From the NCBI GenBank assembly GCA_019704295.1, contig AP024596.1, forward strand, positions 480,001-544,000: a stretch of DNA of 64,000 nucleotides, given 5' to 3'. Source of the stretch: Sulfolobales archaeon HS-7. Lineage in GTDB: Archaea; Thermoproteota; Thermoprotei_A; Sulfolobales; Sulfolobaceae. Under the pieces are notes generated by a model. That model was not told where the DNA came from, did not search any database, and was given only the letters and a program-made list of their open reading frames with translations. Each line of letters opens with the position of its first letter. The stretch's first letter is position 1. This document shows, in pieces, positions 41,579 through 52,375 of the stretch. The position numbers and the translations under genes were made by a program.

Positions 41579-43495
41579 TTAAACATCGAACCTTTCCACT
41601 TCCCTGTCGATCTTAATTTTCCTCTTTTCATCTAATAGTATTATCTCATTAACTCTGGTTTTCTTACTTAGTATAACACTACTACCTCTACGTTCAATAA
41701 CGTTTCCATCTCGTAGCTTTATGACTCCCTCACCCATAATATATAGGTTTAACCCATTCTCGTTAAGCGGTATAACTGAATTATTCCTAATGTATATTGG
41801 GAAGTGTTCGGAGGATGTAATCCATCCATGATGGCACTTTTCCCAATTCCAAAAGTTAACCCATTCATCCCTCGGTAAATACACATCTCTTTCGTCTTGA
41901 GGTAAAGTGTGAGGAGCGTAGAGTATTCCTGAACCAATCATCATTTCGTCATTAATCTGATACGCGTCCTCATCATTAGGGAAATGATATGGTAAAGGTC
42001 TTATAATAGGATGACCAGTTTGGTGTGATTCAAGTACTAACGCATTAATATATGGAATAAAGGAACGCCTTAACTTTATCGTATCCTCAATTAACTTCCT
42101 ATATTTTGATGGAATGGTAAAAATCTCATTATCCTCACCTCTCTTAGATTTATGAGCTCTGAATATAGGTAGAAATAGTGCAACCTGATAAAATCTAACC
42201 TTGAGCAGTGGATCTTCCTCCGTGCCTTTTTCCCTGCTTACGAAGCCGCCTATATCGAAACCAACATAGGGAACACCGGATATCGAGAGACCTAACATAA
42301 TAGGGATCTGTAACTTCAGATCGGAATAACTCTCCCTTTCATCTCCACTCCATATCGCAGCATACTTCTGAATTCCTGCATAACCAGCCCTACTTAAGAC
42401 GAAGGGTTCTAATCCTTCCTCTTCCATGGCCTCATAAGTAGCCATAGCCTCAAAATACGCATAACTATTATGGGCTTCGTTATGCCTTACTTTACGTCCA
42501 TTAATACGATGAGTTGCGTTTTCGGGTAGAGTGGATATTTTGAATACTGCTGGTTCATTCATGTCGATCCACAGACCGTCTATTCCTAATTTCAACCATT
42601 TCCTCACTTCCTCCTTCCACCAACTCCTAGCGTTTTCACTCAGAAAATCAACCCAACAGGAGGGGCCTGACCACATATCCCCTACGAATATAGCCCCAGA
42701 ATCAGTCTCAACGTAAGACCCTAAACCTCTTCTGAAAACTTCATAGTTCTGATCGACTCTAATTGCAGGGTCCAAAATAGTAACAACCCTCGCTCCTAGG
42801 TTATGAATAGAGTCTATCAGGCCTTTAGGGTCGTTAAACTTTTCCTTATCCCAAGTAAACATCTTATAGTTTTCCATATAATCTATGTCCAGGTAAATAC
42901 TGTCAATTTTTACATTATGCTTTTCTAAAAGTTCAATTACCCTCTGTTGTGGATAGTATGAGAACCTACTTATCTGGTAGCCTAGAGCCCACTCGGGAAG
43001 TAAAAAAGGATATCCTGTGAGTCTTGTGTATTTCTCAATTACCTCTTCAACTGACTTACCGTCAAAAACAAAGAGTTCATATGATGGAGAATAAACCTCT
43101 ATAGCTATCTTATCATAAAACCTTACACCGAAATCAAATACGCTTTTCCCAGGATAGTTAAGGAAGTAGCCAGTAGCCTTACCTTTTGAAATTGATATGA
43201 AGAAGGGAATCGACACGTATAGCGGATCGGTGTACCAACTATATCCGTAGGAATCCGTATTCCAATTAGTGAGCACAGTTCTACGTCTATCAATAGGATA
43301 TGCCTTTTCTCCCATGCCTAATATATGCTCATCAATGGAGAGTTCCTTTAAGATAAGATTCTCCCTTATTTCAAGTCTTTCAGGAAGTTCTGTCAGGCTA
43401 CTCTCAGATTCCTTCTCAAATTTGAAATCAACAACAGGTTCATACTCGTTAACTACTATCCTAAATATTCCTTTGCCTTTTTCTACTCTGAACAT
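41579..43495 (-). CDS. Alpha-glucosidase, glycoside hydrolase family 31
   Basis: DPLYVSIPF, YLDIDYM, WIDMNEP (nucleophile), SRAGYAGIQKY, WSGD (acid/base), DIGGF. Confidence 0.93.
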   Translation of the reverse strand: MFRVEKGKGIFRIVVNEYEPVVDFKFEKESESSLTELPERLEIRENLILKELSIDEHILGMGEKAYPIDRRRTVLTNWNTDSYGYSWYTDPLYVSIPFFISISKGKATGYFLNYPGKSVFDFGVRFYDKIAIEVYSPSYELFVFDGKSVEEVIEKYTRLTGYPFLLPEWALGYQISRFSYYPQQRVIELLEKHNVKIDSIYLDIDYMENYKMFTWDKEKFNDPKGLIDSIHNLGARVVTILDPAIRVDQNYEVFRRGLGSYVETDSGAIFVGDMWSGPSCWVDFLSENARSWWKEEVRKWLKLGIDGLWIDMNEPAVFKISTLPENATHRINGRKVRHNEAHNSYAYFEAMATYEAMEEEGLEPFVLSRAGYAGIQKYAAIWSGDERESYSDLKLQIPIMLGLSISGVPYVGFDIGGFVSREKGTEEDPLLKVRFYQVALFLPIFRAHKSKRGEDNEIFTIPSKYRKLIEDTIKLRRSFIPYINALVLESHQTGHPIIRPLPYHFPNDEDAYQINDEMMIGSGILYAPHTLPQDERDVYLPRDEWVNFWNWEKCHHGWITSSEHFPIYIRNNSVIPLNENGLNLYIMGEGVIKLRDGNVIERRGSSVILSKKTRVNEIILLDEKRKIKIDREVERFDV

Positions 43496-43569
43496 CTAGG
43501 TATTATGAAAACCTTTGTTGTAAATAACGTCTTCTAATGAAAAACCGTCTTAATTAGAGTCATTAGGAG

Positions 43570-44148
43570 CTACTCAGGCCTGAACCTAGCTAAAATTATT
43601 CCTCCAGGCGACGACTCTACAGAACTTACCTTCATTCCGAAAGCCTCTAATAGCCTTTTTAATGATTTGCTTGCACAATAGGTAGACTCCCTGCTAAAGC
43701 CAGTTCCAGATACTTGCATCTCTACGTCTCCATTAACTTCCCTGACAACAATACTGGAGATGGGTAGGACTGGCTTTACCTTCTCGTATAACTGTAAAAG
43801 TTCAGTCAACGTCTTAGCGCGTAACTTTAAGTATAACCCTAGCTGTTCTCCCGACTCTGAACAGATCTTATCGAACTCTTCTTTGCTTTCCTTAAACATG
43901 GTTACCGAAACGTTATCTAAATACCAGGCAGTAACTGGTATTACATTTATACTCTTCGTGATTTTAAACAACTCGATTAACGCCTCTAGAGTTGAAAGAT
44001 CTTCCCCCTCCCTTAAGACTTCGAGAACTAGCTTCAGTGCTACGTTGGTTAAGAAGAACATTGTATATCCTTTCTTCTTAGCCATATCCTCCAACTGTTC
44101 AACTATCTTCTCATCTGCAGCTACGTTAACCCTTGCCATAATTAACAT
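43570..44148 (-). CDS. Hypothetical protein with N-terminal ribbon-helix-helix-like segment
   Basis: ARVNVAADEKIVEQLEDMAKKKGYTMFFLTNVAL fits an RHH pattern; alpha/beta C-terminal domain. Confidence 0.7.
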   Translation of the reverse strand: MLIMARVNVAADEKIVEQLEDMAKKKGYTMFFLTNVALKLVLEVLREGEDLSTLEALIELFKITKSINVIPVTAWYLDNVSVTMFKESKEEFDKICSESGEQLGLYLKLRAKTLTELLQLYEKVKPVLPISSIVVREVNGDVEMQVSGTGFSRESTYCASKSLKRLLEAFGMKVSSVESSPGGIILARFRPE

Positions 44149-44229
44149 GTGTATTTGATTAGTGGCTTCTTATAAAACTAGCTATCTATTATTAATTAAG
44201 CATGATTCGCTATTAAAGATTTTATCTTA

Positions 44230-44364
44230 TTATTTCACTACAATTAAATCCCAAATTATAAACAGGATTAGTGCAACTACGAAGCCACCCAAATACCAGT
44301 TATCGTCGTTAAATAGGTTTTTTATCAAATCAAGAAGTGAGTCAACACCAGACCGAGACTTCAT
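44230..44364 (-). CDS. Small single-pass membrane protein (44 aa), not in the ORF track
   Basis: MKSRSGVDSLLDLIKNLFNDDNWYLGGFVVALILFIIWDLIVVK*; AAAATTTTTTATTC BRE/TATA-like element at leaderless distance. Confidence 0.65.
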   Translation of the reverse strand: MKSRSGVDSLLDLIKNLFNDDNWYLGGFVVALILFIIWDLIVVK

Positions 44365-44444
44365 AAGTATAAATTGTAATTACTTTGAATAAAAAATTTT
44401 CCCTTAAATATCCTAATGGTATAATCCTTTTTTATTACTTATTT

Positions 44445-44475
44445 AGTAGAAATTTTATATTATAAAAATTCTACT
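44445..44475. promoter_or_regulatory. 31-bp palindrome between divergent genes
   Basis: AGTAGAAATTTTATA-T-TATAAAAATTCTACT; 15-bp arms with one mismatch. Confidence 0.55.
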
Positions 44476-44546
44476 TTATTTCGTTAACTTAGACGTTAAA
44501 CCTGTTTAATGTATTACTTATATATTCACATTAATAATTTACAATT

Positions 44547-45977
44547 ATGACTTCATATGAAGAGAAGGGTTACGAGATTGTAGCTAGATTAGATAGAATC
44601 CCCACGTGGGCTTTAAACTACATTTTCATAGGCATTCTAGGAGTAGGCGAGTTATTTACTTTTTTCGATATATTTAATATAAACGTCAGTTGGGTACAGA
44701 CTGCAGTAGTTCTGCTTCACGCTACTCCTGCAACAGCCAGCGTATTAGAAGGACCAGTAGTCCTGGGCAATTTAATAGGTTATGTTATAGGTTCCCTCAT
44801 CCTATCTCCGTTATCTGATAGATATGGCCGTAGGGATATGTTAGTTATAACCATGTTAATTACAGCTCTTGGCTCGCTTTTTAACGTATTTGTAGCGAAT
44901 TATATAGAGATACTAGCAGCCAGGACTATCACAGGAATAGGAATAGGCGCTGATCTTGCGATAGTGAACACTTACGTAGGAGAAGTAGCTCCAGTGAAAG
45001 CTAGAGCAAAATACGTATCAATGATTTTCATTTTTTCAACAATGGGAGCGTTCTTGGGAATATGGGTAGGACTTCTTCTAACTACACCGCCAGCCCCTTT
45101 CCCTTATGGCCTTCCCATAGCTCTGGGTAGTTCAGGAATCTTCGCAACCGACGGGTGGAGAATAATGTATGGAATAGGCGCTTTACTCGCATTTATAGGA
45201 ATACTCCTAAGGTTCCAGTTACCCGAATCACCAAGATGGCTCTTATCGAAAGGGCGAATGGCTGATGCAGAGAAAATTGTAGAGCACATGGAAAAAAGAG
45301 CGGAATCAAAGGGAGTAAAGCTTCCCAAACCCTCGATAATACCAGTAAACCTCTCAGGTACGAAACCGGTTCCATATAGCGAAATATTTAAAAACAGGTT
45401 ATACCTGAAGAGGTTTGCATTCTTATTGCCAATGTGGTTCTTAGCCTACTCCACAGTTTACTCTATCGCCGCTGGGCTAACCTCGCTACTAACAGCAGAA
45501 AAGTACAGTGTTCCGGAGGCCGGAATCATCTCAGCAATGGGTGTAATAGGTTTCGTTATAGTAGGTCCAGTTGCAACCTTTCTGGGTGATAAGCTTGAAA
45601 GAAAATATTGGTTAGGAATTGGTGCAATCCTTACCGTAATCGGAGGAGTTGTTGTGGGTCTAACGCCGAATATAATAGTTGATATTATAGCTTCAATCGT
45701 CCTTTTCTTCGGATTTAACATATGGGTTCCCATAGCATATACTTGGACTATGGAAAGTTATCCCACTAGGGCTAGGACAAGCGGATTCGCACTAAATGAC
45801 GGATTAGGTCATCTGGGAGGTGGCATAGGTGTGGTCGCAATTACGTCTTTATCCCTAATTTTACCCGCTTTAGAGTTGTTCGGAGTAATATCAATCTTCC
45901 TCGTTATAGCAGCGGTAATAGCGATAGTTTTCGGTCATTATACGACTAACAGAAGACTTGATGAGGTTTCTCCTTAA
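44547..45977 (+). CDS. MFS transporter (sugar porter / aromatic acid:H+ symporter-like)
   Basis: ARLDRIP, LSDRYGRR, ARTITGIGIG, PESPRWL, ESYPTRAR. Confidence 0.92.
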   Translation: MTSYEEKGYEIVARLDRIPTWALNYIFIGILGVGELFTFFDIFNINVSWVQTAVVLLHATPATASVLEGPVVLGNLIGYVIGSLILSPLSDRYGRRDMLVITMLITALGSLFNVFVANYIEILAARTITGIGIGADLAIVNTYVGEVAPVKARAKYVSMIFIFSTMGAFLGIWVGLLLTTPPAPFPYGLPIALGSSGIFATDGWRIMYGIGALLAFIGILLRFQLPESPRWLLSKGRMADAEKIVEHMEKRAESKGVKLPKPSIIPVNLSGTKPVPYSEIFKNRLYLKRFAFLLPMWFLAYSTVYSIAAGLTSLLTAEKYSVPEAGIISAMGVIGFVIVGPVATFLGDKLERKYWLGIGAILTVIGGVVVGLTPNIIVDIIASIVLFFGFNIWVPIAYTWTMESYPTRARTSGFALNDGLGHLGGGIGVVAITSLSLILPALELFGVISIFLVIAAVIAIVFGHYTTNRRLDEVSP

Positions 45978-46813
45978 CTTATCTTCTTAGGTATATCCCT
46001 TTTTAAGAAGCTGAAAAAGGCCACAAATACCGCTGACACCGAATAGCTAATTGTGTATAAATATGCCTCTAATTGAGTACCTGCGATAATAGGAAAAACC
46101 TCTACCGCTTCAACTATAAGGGAGGCATTAGGAATATGAGATGCTAAGAGGAAGGGGAGTTCGGTCGCCCCCCATGATGGTAATACTATTGCGATCTGTT
46201 GGAAAAGCAGATCGTCAGTCAATCTGGAGACGAATATTAACACTGCCTCAATCAGCAAGGAACCAATAAGAATAGAGCTTGCTGCTAAGAAAGCCAAGTT
46301 ACTTCTCCTAATTATCTCACCTAACATATAAGCAATTGAGTAAAAAGTCAGAGAGGAAAAGATCACCAAAAAGAATAGAGCAGGGATATAATTAAGGCCT
46401 GTTTGATCGCCAAATAGTAAGAACGACATGACGAGAGATATAGTTAACATTAGACCGTAAACAGCTATAAAAAGTATGTATCCGCCGAGGAATTTTCCGG
46501 TAGCAAAACTCAACCTGCTCAATGGCTTAGTTAGGAAAAAATCTACAGTTCCCTGTTCATATTCCTCTGATAATGAACCTGACGCAATAGATATCGCTAT
46601 AAAGTGGAGAAGTAAGCTCTGAGGGAGTAAAGCTCCTGCAATCCAGAGTACGGATTTTAAGGGTTGAATAATGGAGAGTAACGCCTGACTTTTGACTTGC
46701 GACAATGCGACATAAGTCCCAACCTCAAAGATCACCGTTATAGCTATAATTACGAGGACTTTCTTTCTGGCAATGGATCTTTTGATTTCATAGCTAATTA
46801 TTTTTTCTAACAT
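45974..46813 (-). CDS. ABC-2 type permease
   Basis: SEEYEQGTVDFFLTKPLSR…GKF; 6 TM. Confidence 0.88.
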   Translation of the reverse strand: MLEKIISYEIKRSIARKKVLVIIAITVIFEVGTYVALSQVKSQALLSIIQPLKSVLWIAGALLPQSLLLHFIAISIASGSLSEEYEQGTVDFFLTKPLSRLSFATGKFLGGYILFIAVYGLMLTISLVMSFLLFGDQTGLNYIPALFFLVIFSSLTFYSIAYMLGEIIRRSNLAFLAASSILIGSLLIEAVLIFVSRLTDDLLFQQIAIVLPSWGATELPFLLASHIPNASLIVEAVEVFPIIAGTQLEAYLYTISYSVSAVFVAFFSFLKRDIPKKIS

Positions 46814-47708
46814 CTTTCGACGCCTCTATTAAGGCATTAATGTATGCATCCTCCAGGGAGAGATCTGTGGAGTAATCAATAACGGAAACGTTGTCCTCTA
46901 TTAAGGTTTTGAGAAATTCCTCCCTTCTATCCTCTCCCATAAGTACTATTACTTTCCCGTCCCTAATCTCCGTACTTTTTATGAAGCCTAATCCCTTTGC
47001 AACCTCAATTACCTTTTCTGGAGTTCGGGAAGTTATGATTACCCTAAGTCCTAGGAACCTTGCTACAAGATCTTCGGGATCCCCTGCGTAGAACACTCTT
47101 CCCGCAAAGATTAAAAACACCCTGTTACATAGCTTTCTTACCTCCTCTAATTCGTGAGTCGTCATTACTATTAGCGAACCGCTTTTCCTCTTCTCTCTTA
47201 AAACGTCTCTAATGTGTACATTTAACGCCGGATCAGTACCTATATTCGGTTCATCCATAACTATGACTTTTGGATCTCCCAACAAGGCCTCAGCCAACGC
47301 AATCCTTTGCACCATTCCCTTACTATACTTGGCTATTTTCTTCTTAGCGTGGTTTGACATTCCGACGAGATCAAGGTACTCATTAACGCTAAACTCTGGA
47401 ATTCCTTTCAATCTAGCAGATAACTTCAGGACCTCCTCCCCCGATAAAAATGGGGGTAGATTAGGTAGTTCCTGAACATATCCTATTTCCTTAAAAATAC
47501 CCTTCTCCTTAAAGGGCGATTTTCCCATAATTCGTACTTCCCCCATTTCCGGGTAGATTAGACCCAACGCAACTCTTAATAGAGTGGTCTTTCCTGCTCC
47601 ATTTGGCCCCAAAATTCCGTATATAAGAGGCTTATCCATGGTAATCGAGACGCTATCAAGTGCTATCCTCTCTCCATACCGTTTTGACACGTTTACTATC
47701 TCTATCAT
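46794..47708 (-). CDS. ABC transporter ATP-binding protein
   Basis: GPNGAGKTT, YSKGMVQR, VMDEP, TTH. Confidence 0.95.
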   Translation of the reverse strand: MIEIVNVSKRYGERIALDSVSITMDKPLIYGILGPNGAGKTTLLRVALGLIYPEMGEVRIMGKSPFKEKGIFKEIGYVQELPNLPPFLSGEEVLKLSARLKGIPEFSVNEYLDLVGMSNHAKKKIAKYSKGMVQRIALAEALLGDPKVIVMDEPNIGTDPALNVHIRDVLREKRKSGSLIVMTTHELEEVRKLCNRVFLIFAGRVFYAGDPEDLVARFLGLRVIITSRTPEKVIEVAKGLGFIKSTEIRDGKVIVLMGEDRREEFLKTLIEDNVSVIDYSTDLSLEDAYINALIEASKDVRKNN

Positions 47709-47738
47709 TTCAATATAACTCGTTTTCTGGTTTAAGTG

Positions 47739-49424
47739 TTATTGTGATACTTCTTCTTCTGCTCTCCTCAGAGCTCTGTATCCTATATAAAGTGTTAAAG
47801 CCAACACGACCACAAGTATAAATGGGCTAACGGGATTTGACGAATGTGTTAATGATAATATACCCCCTGAAACTCCTGCGCTAACTATTACTTCAAAAGA
47901 CACGATAAGGATGAACATTAAAACGGCAAATATAGGCGAACCGTATTTCCCGAGGAATGCTGTTTTATTCATAATGTCTGTAATTTTTCTCCTGCCTAAC
48001 AGTATTTCATAAATAGGTAAGAACAAAACCGCTATTGATAGCGCAGGACCTAAATAACCTTCGATTGACGTAAATCCGTATAATGAAAACAAGTAAACTA
48101 CGAGAAGGAAGGTGTACGAGACGAAAATATAAGCTAAAAACTCCTTATAAACCTCAATGGCCCCTATCTTCATTGCTTCAGTTATCTTATTCTTGCTTCT
48201 AGATAGCCTAAGGTTCACAGAATCTCTAATGGCAGAAATCGTACGATCAATTCGTTTACTCCATGCGGGAAGCGCGTTCGTTATCTTCTCCTGAAACACT
48301 CTATCATATCTCGTAGATATTGATGCGAAGATTGATGATAGTGCTACCACCATTATTGTGACAAAGTATACGGAGGATGAAGTTACCCCTATGGATAGAC
48401 CGTATGAGGCTATGACTATTCCGAACTCACTTATTGGTGACATATAAAACCCTAATCTGATCGAACTTGAACCTGGTATACCAATAAGGTAAGAAGAAAC
48501 CACAAATGCGAACATTTTGGCGATTATTAAGATCAAAGATATTGCGACGACTTCCCCTACTACGGTTATACTTGGAAGAGAAGGCAATTCTGCACCTGCA
48601 ATTACGAAAAATATGACGTAAAAGAAATCCCTAAGCGGAACAATCAACTTATCTATTGAGTCAGATTCTGGCATGGTGGATATCGAGAGCCCTATAATTA
48701 GTGCCATCAAAGCAGATGAAACGCCGAGAAGGGGAGATATAGTTTCCGTTAAAAGTACAAGGGTGATCGACGCGATTACTACTAAGTCCTGTCCCCCTTT
48801 TATGGTAGTCCTAATAGCTCTTCTCCCTAAGAAAAAGCCCAATCCTATTGAGAAAATTACACCTAAAATGACTTCATTAAGTTTGCTAACGACTTGAATA
48901 ATATTTCCACCGCTAACTAATATTGGGAATAGGGACAGTTGAAAGAGAGCGACTACGTCTTCCATAGAAGCGAGACCTAACATCAAGTTCCTGAAAGAAG
49001 AGTTCTCCAAAAGTCCCTTCTCTTCAAGGAGTTTAAAAGTTATCGCGGTACTAGTGTTAAGTGCGGTAAATAATATAGTGAGTTCGTCTCCGAAATCGTA
49101 GTTCATAATCCGTGTAATTCCATAAGCCACTCCGAAAACTATTACTATCTCTATTAATATTATTGGAATTATCTTACTTAATTCCCTTTTAAGATAAGAA
49201 ATCTTTAGATTCATTCCGATCTCGAAGGAAATAATCGCTATAGCTAGTCCTGAGAAAAAGGTGAGAAGTGGCGAATTGGCGTCTACTAGATGAAGGAGAG
49301 AGCCGAAAATTATACCCGCAATAACGTAGCCTGCAGTCGCCGAGTAACCTCTTATTCTAAGGAGATAACCCATAAACGCAGCCGAAGCCAATAGCAATGC
49401 TATTACAGCTACGTTATTCGTCAT
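47739..49424 (-). CDS. Cation:proton antiporter (CPA2 / KefB-like)
   Basis: GYVIAG, FEIG, TSTAI, MEDVV, LRDFF…FF, ISEFG. Confidence 0.85.
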   Translation of the reverse strand: MTNNVAVIALLLASAAFMGYLLRIRGYSATAGYVIAGIIFGSLLHLVDANSPLLTFFSGLAIAIISFEIGMNLKISYLKRELSKIIPIILIEIVIVFGVAYGITRIMNYDFGDELTILFTALNTSTAITFKLLEEKGLLENSSFRNLMLGLASMEDVVALFQLSLFPILVSGGNIIQVVSKLNEVILGVIFSIGLGFFLGRRAIRTTIKGGQDLVVIASITLVLLTETISPLLGVSSALMALIIGLSISTMPESDSIDKLIVPLRDFFYVIFFVIAGAELPSLPSITVVGEVVAISLILIIAKMFAFVVSSYLIGIPGSSSIRLGFYMSPISEFGIVIASYGLSIGVTSSSVYFVTIMVVALSSIFASISTRYDRVFQEKITNALPAWSKRIDRTISAIRDSVNLRLSRSKNKITEAMKIGAIEVYKEFLAYIFVSYTFLLVVYLFSLYGFTSIEGYLGPALSIAVLFLPIYEILLGRRKITDIMNKTAFLGKYGSPIFAVLMFILIVSFEVIVSAGVSGGILSLTHSSNPVSPFILVVVLALTLYIGYRALRRAEEEVSQ

Positions 49425-49699
49425 CGCTATATCAACCCCTTAACTAACATTAGTTTCTCTTCTCTCTCTTCTTTAAATAAGATCGTAAGTAAGTATTTCA
49501 ATTCGGAACGGGGGGCTAAATTAGTCCTTGTTTTGCCTGATAGTATTAAGATTTTTTCTTCCCCCGTCGCTCTCACTAAGATAATGTATTACAACGAGTT
49601 AAATATTTTCTACGAGTGGAGTTACATTTTTAGCAATAGAAATTCATTACGCTCAATTCATGCATAATAATTTAAAAAGAATCGTCAATAAATAAGTCT

Positions 49700-51394
49700 A
49701 TGGAGAAGTCTTCTTATGATGCAGTTGTAGTGGGAGCTGGACTCGCTGGTTTAATGAGCGCTTATTACATAGCGAAGGACAAGCATAGAGTAGCAGTAAT
49801 ATCAAAGGTGTTCCCAACCAGATCTCATTCCTCGGCAGCAGAAGGGGGGATAGCGGCGTATATTAAAGGAAACTCAGATCCTAATGATAATCCCGACTAT
49901 ATGACTTATGATACAGTTAAGGGCGGAGATTACTTAGTCGATCAAGACGCTGCAGAATTACTTTCAAATAAATCTGGTGAAATTGTAGAGATTATGGAAA
50001 GATGGGGAGCTTTATTCAATAGACAGCCTGATGGAAGAGTAGCTATAAGGTATTTCGGAGGTCAAACCTATCCTAGGACGAGATTCGTAGGGGACAAGAC
50101 AGGAATGGCCCTTCTTCACACCCTCTTTGAAAGAACTTCTGGTGAAAATATAGACATTTTCCCAGAGTGGTTCGCCTTAGATCTCGTCATCGATGATAGC
50201 AAGAGGGTTAATGGAGTTGTCGCGATGGAAATGAAAACTATGAATCCCATATTTTTCAAAGCTAGAGCAGTAGTGCTAGCCACAGGAGGAATGGGTATGT
50301 TATACAGGCATACCACGAACTCATACATTAATACGGGTGATGGTTACGGGATGGCACTAAGGGCTGGGGCCCCTATAAAAGATCCCGAATTCGTGCAATT
50401 TCACCCGACCGCGTTGTATCCCTCAGATATATTAATTAGTGAGGCCGCCAGGGGTGAAGGGGCTATATTAAAGAATGTGAATGGAGAGAGATTTATGACG
50501 AAATATGCGCCACACAAACTAGATCTTGCACCCCGAGACGTTGTATCAAGAGCCATATTAACGGAAGTTAAAGAAGGTCGTGGATATCCTGGAGTTTACG
50601 TCGGACTTGACTTAACTCACTTAGGCGAGAAATATATAAAGGAGAGACTTGCCTTGGCATATGAAGCAGCAAAAACTTTTGCTGGAGTGGACGCAGTAAA
50701 CGAACCCATACCAGTGAGGCCAGCTCAACATTACTACATGGGTGGAATTGACGTAAATACTATGGGACAAAACGAGGAAATAAAAGGACTTTTTGCTGCA
50801 GGGGAAGCTGCGTGCGTCTCCGTACACGGAGCCAATAGGCTGGGTTCTAACTCATTACTTGAAACATTGGTCTTTGGCAGAGAGACCGGCATAACCGTCT
50901 CTAGGTACCTAAGCGCAACACCTGAGTTAAGTGTTGATACAAATCCAGAACCTATTCTTGATGAAGCGTATAAATTCGTTAAAAGCGAATCTGGAGTTCC
51001 ATTTGGGGAAATATTAGAAAAACTAAGGGACGCAATGTGGGACAGAGTGGGAGTGTTTAGAGATGAAGACGGACTTAGAGAGGCCCTCTCTACAATTACA
51101 TCCCTTCGTGAGAAAGTTAAGGAGATGTATGTAACTGATAAAAGCGGAGTTTATAACACCGAATTCTTTAACGCGCTCGAAATGAGGAACATGATGGATC
51201 TGGCAGTGGTAATTGCTAAGGCAGCCCTGGAAAGAAGGGAGTCGCGCGGTGCCCATTATAGACTTGATTACCCGAAGAGAGATGATGCGAATTACCTAGT
51301 ACATACGCTTGCGTATATCAGGGGTAATACCGTAGAAATTACAACAAAGCCGGTAAGAATGACAAGGTGGCAACCCGAGGAAAGGGTGTATTAA
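49700..51394 (+). CDS. sdhA: Succinate dehydrogenase flavoprotein subunit
   Basis: [16 protein letters not shown] (FAD-binding His), [28 protein letters not shown]. Confidence 0.96.
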   Translation: MEKSSYDAVVVGAGLAGLMSAYYIAKDKHRVAVISKVFPTRSHSSAAEGGIAAYIKGNSDPNDNPDYMTYDTVKGGDYLVDQDAAELLSNKSGEIVEIMERWGALFNRQPDGRVAIRYFGGQTYPRTRFVGDKTGMALLHTLFERTSGENIDIFPEWFALDLVIDDSKRVNGVVAMEMKTMNPIFFKARAVVLATGGMGMLYRHTTNSYINTGDGYGMALRAGAPIKDPEFVQFHPTALYPSDILISEAARGEGAILKNVNGERFMTKYAPHKLDLAPRDVVSRAILTEVKEGRGYPGVYVGLDLTHLGEKYIKERLALAYEAAKTFAGVDAVNEPIPVRPAQHYYMGGIDVNTMGQNEEIKGLFAAGEAACVSVHGANRLGSNSLLETLVFGRETGITVSRYLSATPELSVDTNPEPILDEAYKFVKSESGVPFGEILEKLRDAMWDRVGVFRDEDGLREALSTITSLREKVKEMYVTDKSGVYNTEFFNALEMRNMMDLAVVIAKAALERRESRGAHYRLDYPKRDDANYLVHTLAYIRGNTVEITTKPVRMTRWQPEERVY

Positions 51395-52375
51395 ATGAGT
51401 TCTACCGCTGAATTACAAAAAGGAGTAATAAAGGAAGAAAAAACCGAGATAGTTGTGAAAGTAAAGAGATTTTCTAAAGAGAGAGGAGAATGGTGGCAGG
51501 AATACAAATTGGCAGTGGATAGGTTTACTCAAATTACAGAGGTGTTAAGGAGAATACGTTCAGAACAAGATCCAAGTCTCTCATATAGGGCGGCTTGTCA
51601 TATGGCGGTATGCGGTAGCTGCGCTATGAAGATTAATGGGGCGCCAAGGCTTGCCTGCAAGACGTTAGCGCTAGATCTGGTCAAGCGCTACAATGATAAC
51701 GTAATCACGCTGGAACCAATGGACAGGTTTCCAGTAGTTAAGGACTTAATAACGGATATGACTGAGTTTTACGACAAAATGTACTCAGTTAAGCCTAGGC
51801 TTTATCCATCTCCTCAAGTATTAGAAGATAAAGCTCAGCACAGATTAAGACCTGAAGATCAAAGGCTCCTGTGGAAGTACGCTCAATGTATTTGGTGTGG
51901 CTTATGTGTATCCTCATGTCCCGCGGTTAGAATCGACGAGAAGTTCTTAGGGCCTGCTGCACATGCTAAGGGTTTCAGGTTTCTCGCAGATCCTAGAGAT
52001 ACGATTCAGGAGGAGAGAATGAAGATCCTTTTAGATAGCGCATGGCGTTGTACTTATTGCTATATGTGCTTCGAGGTGTGCCCAAGGGAAATAGAACCAG
52101 TGGAGGCAATAAAACTAACAAGAACTTACACGCCGCCTGAGGGAATGAGTGAGGTTTCACGAATGGGCGAGAAGCATACAGATGCTATAAAGGAGTCTAT
52201 AACTAAAAGTGGGAAACTTATGGAAGCCTATGTTTATGGAAAGGCATACGGCGCTGGAGCGATAAGAGATTTCGTATATTTCCTTGCTAGTGGTAGAGGA
52301 AAGTATCTCTTAGTAAGGGAGAAACCAGTTAACAATATTAGCGAAGTAAAGAAACTCATGGGTGAAGCTAAATGA
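51395..52375 (+). CDS. sdhB: Succinate dehydrogenase iron-sulfur subunit (type E, second [4Fe-4S])
   Basis: CHMAVCGSC…[25 protein letters not shown] (four Cys in the third cluster). Confidence 0.95.
   Translation: MSSTAELQKGVIKEEKTEIVVKVKRFSKERGEWWQEYKLAVDRFTQITEVLRRIRSEQDPSLSYRAACHMAVCGSCAMKINGAPRLACKTLALDLVKRYNDNVITLEPMDRFPVVKDLITDMTEFYDKMYSVKPRLYPSPQVLEDKAQHRLRPEDQRLLWKYAQCIWCGLCVSSCPAVRIDEKFLGPAAHAKGFRFLADPRDTIQEERMKILLDSAWRCTYCYMCFEVCPREIEPVEAIKLTRTYTPPEGMSEVSRMGEKHTDAIKESITKSGKLMEAYVYGKAYGAGAIRDFVYFLASGRGKYLLVREKPVNNISEVKKLMGEAK

Noticed and set aside
44162-44392. 76-aa + strand ORF
   Set aside because: Better explained as the antisense shadow of the 44-aa membrane protein on the minus strand
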